Source: a bacterium (GTDB lineage Bacteria > Joyebacterota > Joyebacteria > Joyebacterales > Joyebacteraceae). Taken from it: a stretch of 64,000 nt of DNA. The notes under the pieces were generated by a model, which saw nothing but the letters and a program-made list of their open reading frames with translations, searched no databases and was not told where the DNA came from. Below, one piece after another: positions 9,074-18,243 of this stretch. Within the stretch, counting starts at the first letter, position 1; every line of letters starts with the position of its first letter. The DNA lies in the NCBI GenBank assembly GCA_029990205.1, contig JAPEKQ010000004.1:5109-69108 (forward strand), in the 5' to 3' direction. The translations under genes and the position numbers were made by a program.

Positions 9074-9667
9074 CTACTCCTTCTCTCTCGACGACCATCC
9101 GGCGACGCCGACCACGTCTTCCGTGAGCATCTCGACCCCGAAGGCTTCCGCGTGGCCACTCACCTCCAGGAAGAGACTCTGCTCACCGCATTTCCCGTTG
9201 CCCTCGAGAAACACATCGGCCGCATCGACCTGCCGTTCGCTGACGAGCTTGCCGTCCGGGGTGAGAAGTCGGCACCGCGCGGTCGAGTTCGCGAGCTGCT
9301 GCTCGCGCCCCTTGGGGAGTGTTAGACGCACGATGACACCCCACTTCACGTCGTTCGATGTCACAACGATCTCCGCGGCCGCCACGCGCGGGGCAGGGTC
9401 CTCGACCGAGGTGGTCTGTACGCCGGCCATGTAGCGCGGATTCGGGTCGAACGGGCTCGCGAATCGAACCTTGACGGACCTGGGTATGCTGACGCCGACT
9501 CCCGCGGTAGCACTGAGAGGCTCGCCCGACGCCCACTCCTGGCCGATGCCGGGAAGGCAGACGAGGGTGACCGCCAGCATCGGCACCAGGAGGCCTGCGA
9601 GCGACCGCCGCCCACCGGGCCCAGCCCGAGTCCGGGACGGCATCCGCTGTCTGATACCACTGATCAT
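9074..9667 (-). CDS. Hypothetical secreted protein or lipoprotein (about 197 aa).
   Basis: An AAGGAGAG Shine-Dalgarno sequence lies 6 nt upstream of the ATG at 9667. The hydrophobic segment LAGLLVPMLAVTLVCLPG may be a lipobox. Confidence 0.55.
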   Translation of the reverse strand: MISGIRQRMPSRTRAGPGGRRSLAGLLVPMLAVTLVCLPGIGQEWASGEPLSATAGVGVSIPRSVKVRFASPFDPNPRYMAGVQTTSVEDPAPRVAAAEIVVTSNDVKWGVIVRLTLPKGREQQLANSTARCRLLTPDGKLVSERQVDAADVFLEGNGKCGEQSLFLEVSGHAEAFGVEMLTEDVVGVAGWSSREKE

Positions 9668-9722
9668 GTGCACCTCTCCTTCCGCTTGGCATCACCACCG
9701 GTCACTGCTGGTCGATGTCCTC

Positions 9723-11375
9723 TCACTCGAGGAGACCGGCGAGCTCCATCGGATCGATCATAGCGTGCGGCGTGACGAGAACGAGCATCTCGCTCTGCTC
9801 CCGCTCGATGGTCGTGTGTCCGAACAGCGCGCCAAGAACTGGGATGCGGCCGAGCAACGGGATACGGTTCTCCTTCGTACGTTCGAACTCCGAGAGCAAC
9901 CCGCCGATCAGGATCGACTCACCGTTCCCGACGCACGCCCGCGTCTCGATCTCTCGCACGCTCGTGACGGGCAGATCGTTCACGCCCGACGCGCGGACGT
10001 CGCTGACCTCAACGAAGATGTCGGTCGTGATGTCGGACGACTCGCCCACGTATGGCGTGATCCTGAGCGTGATCCCCGTCGCGATCTTCTGGAGCGTGTA
10101 GTAGGCATAGCTGACCGACCCGCTCAGCAGCGAGTAGTACGCCTCGGTCCCGACACGGATCCGTGCCTCCTGACCGTCGAGCGTGGCAAGGCGCGGGTTG
10201 GCGCGGACGTTCGCCGCCCCGTTCGCCTCGAGCGCCCGCACGGCGGCGCCGATGTTCGTGACAGCGTCGACGCCGTCCAGACCGGTATCGGTGAGCATCC
10301 CGATGAAGGACGAGTCGAGCATGGCCGGGGCGAGCTTGGCGAGACGGAACGTCGCGCCTCCTTCGCTCCCCAGGACCTCCCAGTCGATGCCCCACTCGCG
10401 CGTGACGTCGCTGTTCACCTCGACGACAAGCGCCTCGATGGTCACCTGACGAGGCGGTCGATCGATCGCCGCGACGTCCCGAAGGAACGCGCTCGTCACC
10501 TCCGGCGGCGCCGTCAGCGAGAGGATGTTCCCGCCGGCTGGGTCGACCCGCACGTACCGCTCGTACGACGGCGGCAACAGCCTCGCAATCTCCTCGGCCA
10601 GGAGGTGACGCGGTCGGATCTCGACGGTCGCAGCCAGCAACATCGACCCCGAGTCCCTCGGATCGGTGACGCCGACGAGGTAGTACCCGTCCATCCACCG
10701 ATACCCCAGCCCGAGCGGCACGGCCAGATGACTCAGACACTGCTCGAGCGGGACGTCGTCGAACTCCGCGGTGACCAGTCCCCGGACGCCCTTCGCCGCG
10801 AAGATGGGAATGCGGGTCTGCGCCGACACGTCTGCCAGTACCTGGAGGATATCGGTCTCGTAGAACATGTTGGTGACGCGCGCGTTCTCGCTGTCGTTGA
10901 CGCTTCCGGCGACCCCGGCGCCTGTCCCGGGCGTGCGGGCCGGACCGACCTCTGCCACGGAGGCCCTGCCGCACGCCACAGGCCGGTGCGCATCCGCGAT
11001 CGCGTCGAGTTCCATCCGACCGGGAAGCACCGACCACTTCCGGGGGTAGTTCTCCCGAAGCAGATGGAAGCTCAGCGCGGCCTTCGATGTATCACCGCCG
11101 GCCAGCTCGGCCTCGCCAAGGAGATAGAGCACATCGGGCATGACCCGGTACGGTGTGTTGTCCTCGAGGATCCCGCGCAGAAGCCTTGACGTCTCCGCGT
11201 AATCGCCCTGGCGATATCGCGACGCCGCGGCGCTGAGATCCGCCTCGACCGTCCCGCCGTGTCCCAGGAGCATCTCCGCCTCGTCGTGCAGCGGCGTCTG
11301 CGGAGCGCATCCCAGGAGGCAGGCGACCGCGAACACTGCGAGCGTGGAAGCTGTGTGTGTGCGCCGGGCATTCAT
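9723..11375 (-). CDS. Outer-membrane secretin of the PilQ/GspD family. It is a lipoprotein with an N-terminal TPR-like region and an STN domain.
   Basis: Lipobox ACLLGC. STN-like VTNMFYETDILQVLADVSAQTRIPI. Secretin C-domain motifs NPRLATLDGQEARIRVG, ITPYV, VREIETRACVGNGESILIGGL, ENRIPLLGRIPVLGALFG, LVTPHA. Confidence 0.85.
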   Translation of the reverse strand: MNARRTHTASTLAVFAVACLLGCAPQTPLHDEAEMLLGHGGTVEADLSAAASRYRQGDYAETSRLLRGILEDNTPYRVMPDVLYLLGEAELAGGDTSKAALSFHLLRENYPRKWSVLPGRMELDAIADAHRPVACGRASVAEVGPARTPGTGAGVAGSVNDSENARVTNMFYETDILQVLADVSAQTRIPIFAAKGVRGLVTAEFDDVPLEQCLSHLAVPLGLGYRWMDGYYLVGVTDPRDSGSMLLAATVEIRPRHLLAEEIARLLPPSYERYVRVDPAGGNILSLTAPPEVTSAFLRDVAAIDRPPRQVTIEALVVEVNSDVTREWGIDWEVLGSEGGATFRLAKLAPAMLDSSFIGMLTDTGLDGVDAVTNIGAAVRALEANGAANVRANPRLATLDGQEARIRVGTEAYYSLLSGSVSYAYYTLQKIATGITLRITPYVGESSDITTDIFVEVSDVRASGVNDLPVTSVREIETRACVGNGESILIGGLLSEFERTKENRIPLLGRIPVLGALFGHTTIEREQSEMLVLVTPHAMIDPMELAGLLE

Positions 11376-13003
11376 CGGAGTCCCTCCGGCACGACCTCAG
11401 TGCTCGTGAACGAGGCGTCCGCCGTGAGCGGGGCCTCCTCGTCTCCGTTCTGCTCGAGATCGACCTTGACCGTGAAGATGCCCTCGGCGACGAGCGGCAG
11501 TGACATCCGGAACTTCCTCTCGCCCCGCGGCATCACGCGCTCCCAGCTCTTCTTCCCGATGGCCATCTCGGCAACGAGATCGCCCTGCTCGGAGTGGAGC
11601 GATACGCGTCCGCGCACCTCGCCGACACCGTCGCCCTCGTTCGCGATCGTGAGCACGGCGCTCCCGGGATTCGACTCTGGGTGCGAACGGACAAGATCGA
11701 GACTCTCGACCCGGAGCGAGGCGCGACCTCCCCCTCTCGGCTTGATGATGATAAGGGCCCCGGCGTCGTAGACCGTCCGCCACTCGCCGGACTCCTCGTG
11801 AGCTCGCCCCACGAACCGCACACCTCGTGTCACCGTCTCGTCGAACTCAGCATCACGGTCCATGCTCACCGTGGCCCGGACGGCCGAGCTGACACGCGGC
11901 CCGACGACGAGCGAGTCCGGCGCAACCTCGACGGCCAGTCCATCTATGCGGGCCGGTGAATCGGCGTAGGTCCATCGTCCGTCGGCTTCCAGTCTCGCAT
12001 CGCCCACGACGACGTCGAGCCGAATCTCCTCGTCACCCATGTTGCTGACTCGAATCGGGACTGATCGCACGGCGCCTGGAGCGAGGTCGATCTCGTGAAC
12101 GGGCTGTTCTATCCAGAGATCGGTCCCGACCTCCGACTTCGCTCCGCTGACTTCCGCCGCTGACGTTGTTCGCTCCATTCCGGCCACTGAGAGGACGAAC
12201 TCGTTCCTCGACTCGCGCCGCTCACCCAGTTCGAGCCTCCCCACGGTTCGATATGTTCCGTGGACGAGCCGCGGCGCGTGCGCCCTGAGAGTGATGCTCT
12301 GTCCCGGATAGAGCTCGAACGGCCGACCGTCGCTCCGGTACGGCAGCTCGACTCGTTCGGGGAAGCCTCCCGACTCGGGGTACATCAGTACATCGCCACG
12401 GAGCTCGCTCACCCATACCCCGGTGTTCCGAACCTCGATGACCAGTTCGCGTCCGCCGTCCCTCGACCAGCCGAGCCCGATTCCCTCTATGCCGAGTTCC
12501 AGCGGTCCGCTCGACCGGACGCGCACGAGGACTTCGACGTTGACAGTCGGGACGACCGTCGCTGAGAGCTGGGCCGTGGGGCTGTCGGGACGGAGGTTGA
12601 TCACGAGAAACGCCGAGTACTCGCCGAACGCGTCCTCGGGAACACGAACCGTGACGGGCACGTCTCGCTGTTCGACTCCATCGAGCGCGAGTTCGGGCTC
12701 GACGACGATCCAGTCGGCGGCGGAGCGTGCACCCCCGCCGACCGCGATGGCCTCCTTGTGGCCGACCTGTGACTGTTTGAGATCCTGGATCGCGATGTCG
12801 AAGTGAGCGCGCCTGCCGGGCATGCTCCCGGCGATCCGGAAGCTCCCGTCCCAGGTCTGGCCCGGTGTCGCATCGGCTATGAGTTTGAGCGGTCCGATAC
12901 CAATGCCACCCTCGCGGACCTCTGCCTCCTGGGCGACGACGCCGGTCGAGAGCGCCGCGATCAGGAGCAGTACAAGGCAAAGAGAGAGATGGGATGACTT
13001 CAC
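11372..13003 (-). CDS. Secreted protein of 543 aa built from about four beta-sandwich repeat modules. Its stop overlaps the secretin start in an ATGA arrangement.
   Basis: GTG start with a strong AAGGAGGAGGG Shine-Dalgarno sequence. Signal peptide MKSSHLSLCLVLLLIAALSTGVVAQ. Internal repeats of about 130 aa. Function unknown. Confidence 0.65.
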   Translation of the reverse strand: MKSSHLSLCLVLLLIAALSTGVVAQEAEVREGGIGIGPLKLIADATPGQTWDGSFRIAGSMPGRRAHFDIAIQDLKQSQVGHKEAIAVGGGARSAADWIVVEPELALDGVEQRDVPVTVRVPEDAFGEYSAFLVINLRPDSPTAQLSATVVPTVNVEVLVRVRSSGPLELGIEGIGLGWSRDGGRELVIEVRNTGVWVSELRGDVLMYPESGGFPERVELPYRSDGRPFELYPGQSITLRAHAPRLVHGTYRTVGRLELGERRESRNEFVLSVAGMERTTSAAEVSGAKSEVGTDLWIEQPVHEIDLAPGAVRSVPIRVSNMGDEEIRLDVVVGDARLEADGRWTYADSPARIDGLAVEVAPDSLVVGPRVSSAVRATVSMDRDAEFDETVTRGVRFVGRAHEESGEWRTVYDAGALIIIKPRGGGRASLRVESLDLVRSHPESNPGSAVLTIANEGDGVGEVRGRVSLHSEQGDLVAEMAIGKKSWERVMPRGERKFRMSLPLVAEGIFTVKVDLEQNGDEEAPLTADASFTSTEVVPEGLR

Positions 13004-13039
13004 GATGACCCTCCTCCTTGGGAGTCCGCGAGAGAGGCG

Positions 13040-13069
13040 GGAGGCGCCGGGACGAAACCCGGCGCCTCC
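13040..13069 (-). terminator. Perfect 12-bp GC hairpin (GGAGGCGCCGGG-acgaaa-CCCGGCGCCTCC) between two genes.
   Basis: It lies between the stop at 13081 and the Shine-Dalgarno/GTG start of the repeat protein at 13003. It could be a terminator or an attenuator. Confidence 0.5.
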
Positions 13070-13080
13070 GGAACCTCCAC

Positions 13081-13815
13081 CTACGGACTCGTGAACAACA
13101 CATTCACCACCGTGCTGTAGTCGCCGCCCGCATCAAGCATCCCGTTACGGTGGATGCGGGCCAGGAACTTCATAGTACCCTCGACACCCGGGCAGAGCGG
13201 CCCGAGCACATAGTGTGTCGCCGGGGGCTCGCAGGGAATCGCCTGCTGCATGGGGTAGACGCCGTAGACCGGGTCGTTGTAGCCAAGCACGCCCGGACTG
13301 TCCAGATGCAGGTAGGTGCCCCAACCGTCGTTCGGGATCGTGCCCACGCCGGTCCAGACATCCTCCACCATCAGAGGAGCAGCGCACATCGTCAGCCAGG
13401 TCGGGATGTAGCAATCCCCGCAGTCCGGATCGACCGCGTGGAGGTCGCCGTTCACGGTGACATCCATCGACAGCGGATTGTTGGACCTGAAGAAGATCAC
13501 CGCGCCGTCGAATGACTCGTAGTACATGCCCATGTTGCTGGTGTAGTACCCACCGCCGGCCCAGGGGTTCAGCGGGCCCTTCCCGTCCGGGTCCGGACAG
13601 GCGGAGTAGCCGAGCCCCTCCAGCTGGGCGCAGTACCAGTCAGCGTTGTCGTCGAAGACGATGTCGACGTCCTGCCACTCGATCTGGACATAGCAGTTCA
13701 GCATGAGGTCGATCGTGATGTCACCGCTGGGGCTGCCGTCCCACACTGTGTCGTACGCCGCAGCCGAAAGCGTGAGCGCCACGACAGCCATGATTGCCAC
13801 GATAACGCGCAGCAT
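13081..13815 (-). CDS. Cysteine-rich secreted hypothetical protein (244 aa).
   Basis: ATG at 13815 (MLRVIVAIMAVVALTLSAAA) preceded by AAGGAGAG. No recognisable domain. Confidence 0.6.
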   Translation of the reverse strand: MLRVIVAIMAVVALTLSAAAYDTVWDGSPSGDITIDLMLNCYVQIEWQDVDIVFDDNADWYCAQLEGLGYSACPDPDGKGPLNPWAGGGYYTSNMGMYYESFDGAVIFFRSNNPLSMDVTVNGDLHAVDPDCGDCYIPTWLTMCAAPLMVEDVWTGVGTIPNDGWGTYLHLDSPGVLGYNDPVYGVYPMQQAIPCEPPATHYVLGPLCPGVEGTMKFLARIHRNGMLDAGGDYSTVVNVLFTSP

Positions 13816-14120
13816 GATAAGCTCTCCTTGAGGTTGCTCGTCGCACGCAACCCATTGGTCCGCCTCGGTCTCCATTCAGGGAAAGGGATGCGTCCTGTCA
13901 GGGTCTCGTCCCTTGCCGGGGGTGGCGGATCACCCCGGTTTCCCCGCCCGGCTCAGTCCTCGGGGAGCCGGTCCGTCTGTGCGCGGCCCGAGGCCGCGAC
14001 CAGCACGCCATGGCAGCTCCTTTCGACGCTCTGGATCCCGCACTGGCGGAGACCGCTCCCAGGAATACCGCTCCCGCCTCCACCGTTCCGAGATTGTCCA
14101 GACATGCGAAGGTCGCCGAC

Positions 14121-15155
14121 CTACTGCGGCGACCCGACCAGGTGTAGCTCGCTGATGTACTCGCCCGCGACATCGGTGACGGTCACCTCAAGCGCCATCC
14201 GGAATCTCGCGGAGAGAACACCCCGTTCATCGTATCCAGACATCAGACAATTGCTGTCGCCCACAAGGGTCCATGGACCGGGCTCCCCACCGGCGTCAAG
14301 GACCGCCCACTCGACTCGCTCAAGAGCGATCTGGTCCTCGTCGGAGACGAAGGGCGTCCCCTCGAGCAGCAGCACCCACTGCTCTTCGTTCGTCGCGACA
14401 ACGACCTCCAGGTCAGGCTCCACGTAGTACCGGCCTGACCCGGGTCCCGTTTCGATGTCGAACTCCGTCTCGGAGGTCATGACCATCGTGAGGGACCCGA
14501 CGTCCATGATCACTGGAACCGTCAGCCGCGGTCCGAAGGCGCTGCTGAGACTCGCGGCGCTACCAGTCACGACCCGCAGTGCGCCGGGGTGCTCGATCTC
14601 CGAGTAGTGGTCCTCGGGCAGGACAACGGGCGTGAGATGGAGAAGTCCCTGATAGAGACCCGCTTCGTCCGTCCACTCGGGACGCGCCTGCACTTCGAGC
14701 CACAGGTTCTCCGCGGGCGCAGGACCCTGCCCGCGGGCAACGATGACCCCACCAGCCATGCTCACGAACTCTCCGCCCGTATCCGCTGACCGCACCATCA
14801 GGCAACCACCGTCGATGGGTCCGCCAGGACCCGCGGTGGGCTCATACTCGACCCGGACCGCCCAGTTCGGGAGCGGCGACGCTACGCTGAATGCCAGCGA
14901 ACCCAGAAGAGCCGGCTGCACAGGAATCCCACCTTGGGGCGGCAGCACGACCTCATCGTCCAGAGACAGGAACTCCGCATCCGTCGTGATCCACACCATC
15001 CCACCCGACTGCACCGGCGTACCCGCCTGGGACGCGGGGTTCTCCTCCAACCCTCGAGCCGTACAGACTCCTGCCGCCACCAACACGAGGAAGAGCACCA
15101 CCAGGTGTCGACAGACACGTCTCAGCAGTGCTCTCATAGCAACGGTTCCAGACAT
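14121..15155 (-). CDS. Secreted hypothetical protein of about 344 aa, sitting behind the second copy of the promoter-leader module.
   Basis: Start set at the ATG at 15155 (MSGTVAMRALLRRVCRHLVVLFLVLVAAGVCTA) with a GGTGAGG Shine-Dalgarno-like sequence. ATG 15137 is an alternative. Confidence 0.55.
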   Translation of the reverse strand: MSGTVAMRALLRRVCRHLVVLFLVLVAAGVCTARGLEENPASQAGTPVQSGGMVWITTDAEFLSLDDEVVLPPQGGIPVQPALLGSLAFSVASPLPNWAVRVEYEPTAGPGGPIDGGCLMVRSADTGGEFVSMAGGVIVARGQGPAPAENLWLEVQARPEWTDEAGLYQGLLHLTPVVLPEDHYSEIEHPGALRVVTGSAASLSSAFGPRLTVPVIMDVGSLTMVMTSETEFDIETGPGSGRYYVEPDLEVVVATNEEQWVLLLEGTPFVSDEDQIALERVEWAVLDAGGEPGPWTLVGDSNCLMSGYDERGVLSARFRMALEVTVTDVAGEYISELHLVGSPQ

Positions 15156-15281
15156 ATTCCTCACCTTTCCCGCTTGCTCCGCTACCTCCATGCAATAATT
15201 CCACTTGCCTTCTCGGCTCCATGCAGGCACATTGTACGAACAAGGAGCGCGGCCCTGGTCCTTGCGGACCGGGTGAGCCAT

Positions 15282-15455
15282 GCTTCTGCCCGGGCGACTG
15301 GATGGCTGCGAATCCATCACCAGTCGCCCGCTTTTATGCTATCCGCATGTGATCGTGTTTCTCTCCACGCACGCGATGTTCCCTGCCCATCTTGCCCGCC
15401 CCCCGTCCGGCTGCGAGACCGGACGGAAGGGCAGGCGTTTCCCGAGGGAGGAAAC
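15282..15455 (-). promoter_or_regulatory. Conserved structured 5' leader, copy 2 (candidate cis-regulatory RNA).
   Basis: About 75% identical to 6300-6479. It has the same GUUUCC-ucccucg-GGAAAC hairpin (15437-15455). Its second hairpin, GUCCGG-cugcgaga-CCGGAC, differs from copy 1 at two base pairs, and both changes keep the pairing. Confidence 0.55.
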
Positions 15456-15461
15456 GGAGTC

Positions 15462-15490
15462 ATTATACTGCGTGACACCCGATATGTCAA
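15462..15490 (-). promoter_or_regulatory. Perfect sigma70 consensus promoter TTGACA-17-TATAAT, copy 2.
   Basis: The minus strand reads TTGACAtatcgggtgtcacgcagTATAATgactcc. An AT-rich tract and conserved boxes lie upstream. Confidence 0.7.
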
Positions 15491-15578
15491 TCTAGAAACA
15501 GTATATAATTATCAGTTCAACATTACATCCATCTAACTGCATACTATACATCTATATCGACAAGCACATCAGACATCG

Positions 15579-15596
15579 TTTGTGGAACGCCACAAA
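15579..15596 (-). terminator. Hairpin UUUGUGG-cguu-CCACAAA about 85 nt downstream of preA.
   Basis: 7-bp stem. An analogous UUUGUCU...AGACAAA hairpin sits at the equivalent position in copy 1 of the repeat module. Confidence 0.35.
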
Positions 15597-15680
15597 GAAG
15601 CCCGTTCACCCCCAGAACAGACAAATCGACCCCGACATTGTCTGTCGAGGCCGATCTGTGTGGCAGTCGCTGTGTGACTC

Positions 15681-16913
15681 CTACGCGCTGATCTTCTCCT
15701 CCCGCGGCTGCATCGTCAGGCATCCCTCGACGGGACAGACCGTCCGACAGAACCCGCAGCCGATGCACTTCTCGTCGTCGACCTTCGGGACCCGCGCGTC
15801 CTCCCCCGCATCCGGACCGGCGAACTCGATCGCCTGATGCCCGCCGTCGCGGCATGCGATGACACACGCGCCGCAGCCGATGCACGTGTCCTCATCGACG
15901 GTCGCCAGCACCTTCGTCGCCCGGGAGAGCTCACCGTGTCCGACAATCTTCGGGAGTCCCTTTCCGACGAGGTCCATCGGCGATGCGAGACCCTTGTCCT
16001 CAAGATAGAGAGCCAGCCCCTCGTTGAGCTCCTCGATGATGTCGTAGCCGTAGCGCATCACCGCGGTGCACACCTCAACGATGCCGGCGCCCGCGAGCAG
16101 GAACTCGGCTGCGTCCTTCCAGGTCACGACACCACCGACACCCGCGACGGGGATGCCGACATCACGCGCGACGTCGGCGACGAACCGAAGCGCTATCGGC
16201 TTGATGGCCGGCCCGGAGATCCCGCCCTCTGTCGAGTACCCCTCGACGGACGGTATCGGCGCCATCGTGTCGAGATCGAACCCGATGAGCCCCTTCACGG
16301 TGTTGATGCAGGTCACGCCCTCCGCCCCCGCCTCCTTGACCTTCTCGGCGACGGGACGCATGTCGGTGACGTTTGGCGTCAGCTTGATGAGTACGGGGAT
16401 CTCGGCCGCTTCCGCGACCCACTTCGCGCGCTCGTAGGTCAGCTCGGCATTCTGTCCAACGGCCGAGCCCATCCCGCGCTCGGGCATCCCGTGCGGGCAT
16501 GAGAAGCTGCACTCGATCATGTCAGCCCCGGCCTCCTGGACCCGACGCGTGATCTCCTTCCACTCGGCCTCGGTGCTCGCCATGATGCTTACGATGACGA
16601 TCCGGTCGGGGTAGCTCTTCTTGAGCTCGCGGACCTCGGGCAGCACCTCGCGGATGTCGCGGTCGGAGATGAGGTCGATGTTCTGAAGCGCCACCAGACG
16701 CTTGTCCTCGTAGTCCATCCCCACCATCATCGGCGAGACAAGATTGACCTCGACGTGCTCGAGCCCCAGCGTCTTGACGACCGCGCCGGCCCAGCCGGCC
16801 TCGAAGCCCCGTGCGATCATCTCCGCGTCATCGGTCGGCGGCGCCGCCGCGAGCACGAACGGGTTTGGGAACCGGACTCCACAGAAGTCGACTGCAAGGT
16901 TCGGCTTCTTCAT
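15681..16913 (-). CDS. preA: NAD-dependent dihydropyrimidine dehydrogenase subunit PreA (dihydroorotate-dehydrogenase-like domain plus two 4Fe-4S ferredoxin motifs).
   Basis: 410 aa. TIM-barrel DHOD/DPD family sequence. C-terminal CIGCGACVIAC and CIGCGFCRTVCP ferredoxin motifs. ATGA overlap with preT. Confidence 0.8.
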   Translation of the reverse strand: MKKPNLAVDFCGVRFPNPFVLAAAPPTDDAEMIARGFEAGWAGAVVKTLGLEHVEVNLVSPMMVGMDYEDKRLVALQNIDLISDRDIREVLPEVRELKKSYPDRIVIVSIMASTEAEWKEITRRVQEAGADMIECSFSCPHGMPERGMGSAVGQNAELTYERAKWVAEAAEIPVLIKLTPNVTDMRPVAEKVKEAGAEGVTCINTVKGLIGFDLDTMAPIPSVEGYSTEGGISGPAIKPIALRFVADVARDVGIPVAGVGGVVTWKDAAEFLLAGAGIVEVCTAVMRYGYDIIEELNEGLALYLEDKGLASPMDLVGKGLPKIVGHGELSRATKVLATVDEDTCIGCGACVIACRDGGHQAIEFAGPDAGEDARVPKVDDEKCIGCGFCRTVCPVEGCLTMQPREEKISA

Positions 16914-18232
16914 CAGGCGCCACCTCCCTTCCCGCTCTCACGGTCGAGCATCTCGATGATGGCTCCGGCCGCTCGCTTTCCCTCTCCGTAGGCAAGAACC
17001 GCGGTGGCGCCGCCGTTGGCGATGTCGCCCCCGGCGAACACGCGGTCCATCGATGTCTTCATCGTCTCCTCATCAACCTTGATAACGCCGCGCTGGTCGG
17101 TCTCCACCCCTTCGAACCGGTCGAGGACGCCCGTGCCGATGGCTTCGATGACCGCATCGGCCTTGAGCCCGAACCCGGTCCCGGGAATCTGCTCGGCGTT
17201 CGACGGAACCAGGAGGCCCGGTGTCTTCCAGCGGATGCCGACACCTTCGTACCCGACGACCTTGCCGCTCTCGCCGAGGATGCGGACCGGCATCGTCCGC
17301 GTGTGGAAGGCCACGCCCTCGCTCTGGACCTCGTCGATCTCCGAGCGGAAGGCCGGCATCTCCTCGTGTGATTCGAGCGAACAGAGATGAACGTTCGCGG
17401 CGCCCAGCCTGAGGGCCGTCATCGCGGCGTCCATGGCGACGTTCCCGCCACCGATGACGACAACGTCCTCACCGAGCGACGGCGTCTCACCGGCCGCGAC
17501 GCGCGCGAGCAGCTCGCCCGCGATGTGCACGCCGTCGAGATCCTCGCCGTCGAGACCGATCGTGTACGGCCGCCCCAGCCCGATGCCGACGAACACGGCA
17601 TCGAACCCTTCGCCAAGAAGAGCCGCGGGATCGGCCTTCGCCCCGTACTTCGTCATCACACCCAGGCGCTCGACGTACGAGAACTCGTCGGTCGCAAACG
17701 CCGGGTCGAGACGGAACGGCGGGATGCCGTGTGTGAGCACGCCACCCGGGGCATCCGCCTTCTCGAAGATCGTGACGCCGACTCCGGCCTTCGCGAGTTC
17801 GGCCGCGGCGCCCAGCCCGGCCGGGCCGGCTCCGATTACGGCGACGCGCGCGTCCCGCTTCGCCCCGGCCTCCGGCACAGGGGCGAGTCCCGCGAGCTCC
17901 ACATCACCGGCGAAGCGCTGGAGCCCCGCGATGTCGATCGGTGTGTCGAGCTGCGCTCTGGTGCAGTTCTCCATGCAGAGCATCTCCTGCGGACAGACGC
18001 GCCCGCAGACACCGACCATGATGTTGGCCTCGCGGATGAGCCTTGCGGCCCCGCGGAAGTTGCCGAAGCGGATCTTCCGGATGAACCGGCGAACGTCCAC
18101 CGAAGCGGGACACCCCGTATTGCAGGGCGGGTCCTCGCACATGAGGCATCGGGACGCCTCGATGACCGCCTCGTGCGGTGCGTACGTGCGGCCGTCCTCG
18201 GTCAGGACCGCCGCCTTCGTGGTCTCTGGCAT
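16913..18232 (-). CDS. preT: NAD-dependent dihydropyrimidine dehydrogenase subunit PreT (GltD-like FAD/NAD(P) oxidoreductase).
   Basis: Start chosen at the ATG at 18232 (MPETTKAAVLT...) because AAGGAG lies 6 nt upstream. The long N-terminal extension of the track ORF is rejected. Two Rossmann GxGxxG motifs (VAVIGAGPAG, VVVIGGGNVAMD) and a cysteine cluster. Confidence 0.8.
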   Translation of the reverse strand: MPETTKAAVLTEDGRTYAPHEAVIEASRCLMCEDPPCNTGCPASVDVRRFIRKIRFGNFRGAARLIREANIMVGVCGRVCPQEMLCMENCTRAQLDTPIDIAGLQRFAGDVELAGLAPVPEAGAKRDARVAVIGAGPAGLGAAAELAKAGVGVTIFEKADAPGGVLTHGIPPFRLDPAFATDEFSYVERLGVMTKYGAKADPAALLGEGFDAVFVGIGLGRPYTIGLDGEDLDGVHIAGELLARVAAGETPSLGEDVVVIGGGNVAMDAAMTALRLGAANVHLCSLESHEEMPAFRSEIDEVQSEGVAFHTRTMPVRILGESGKVVGYEGVGIRWKTPGLLVPSNAEQIPGTGFGLKADAVIEAIGTGVLDRFEGVETDQRGVIKVDEETMKTSMDRVFAGGDIANGGATAVLAYGEGKRAAGAIIEMLDRESGKGGGA

Positions 18233-18243
18233 TGTGGGCTCCT

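Noticed and set aside
13876-14120. Intergenic region of about 245 bp with several GC hairpins, considered as a possible ncRNA.
   Set aside because: No conservation partner in the window and no promoter motif identified. Most simply the terminator of the 14121-15155 gene plus the promoter region of the 13081-13815 gene. Recorded as unresolved.
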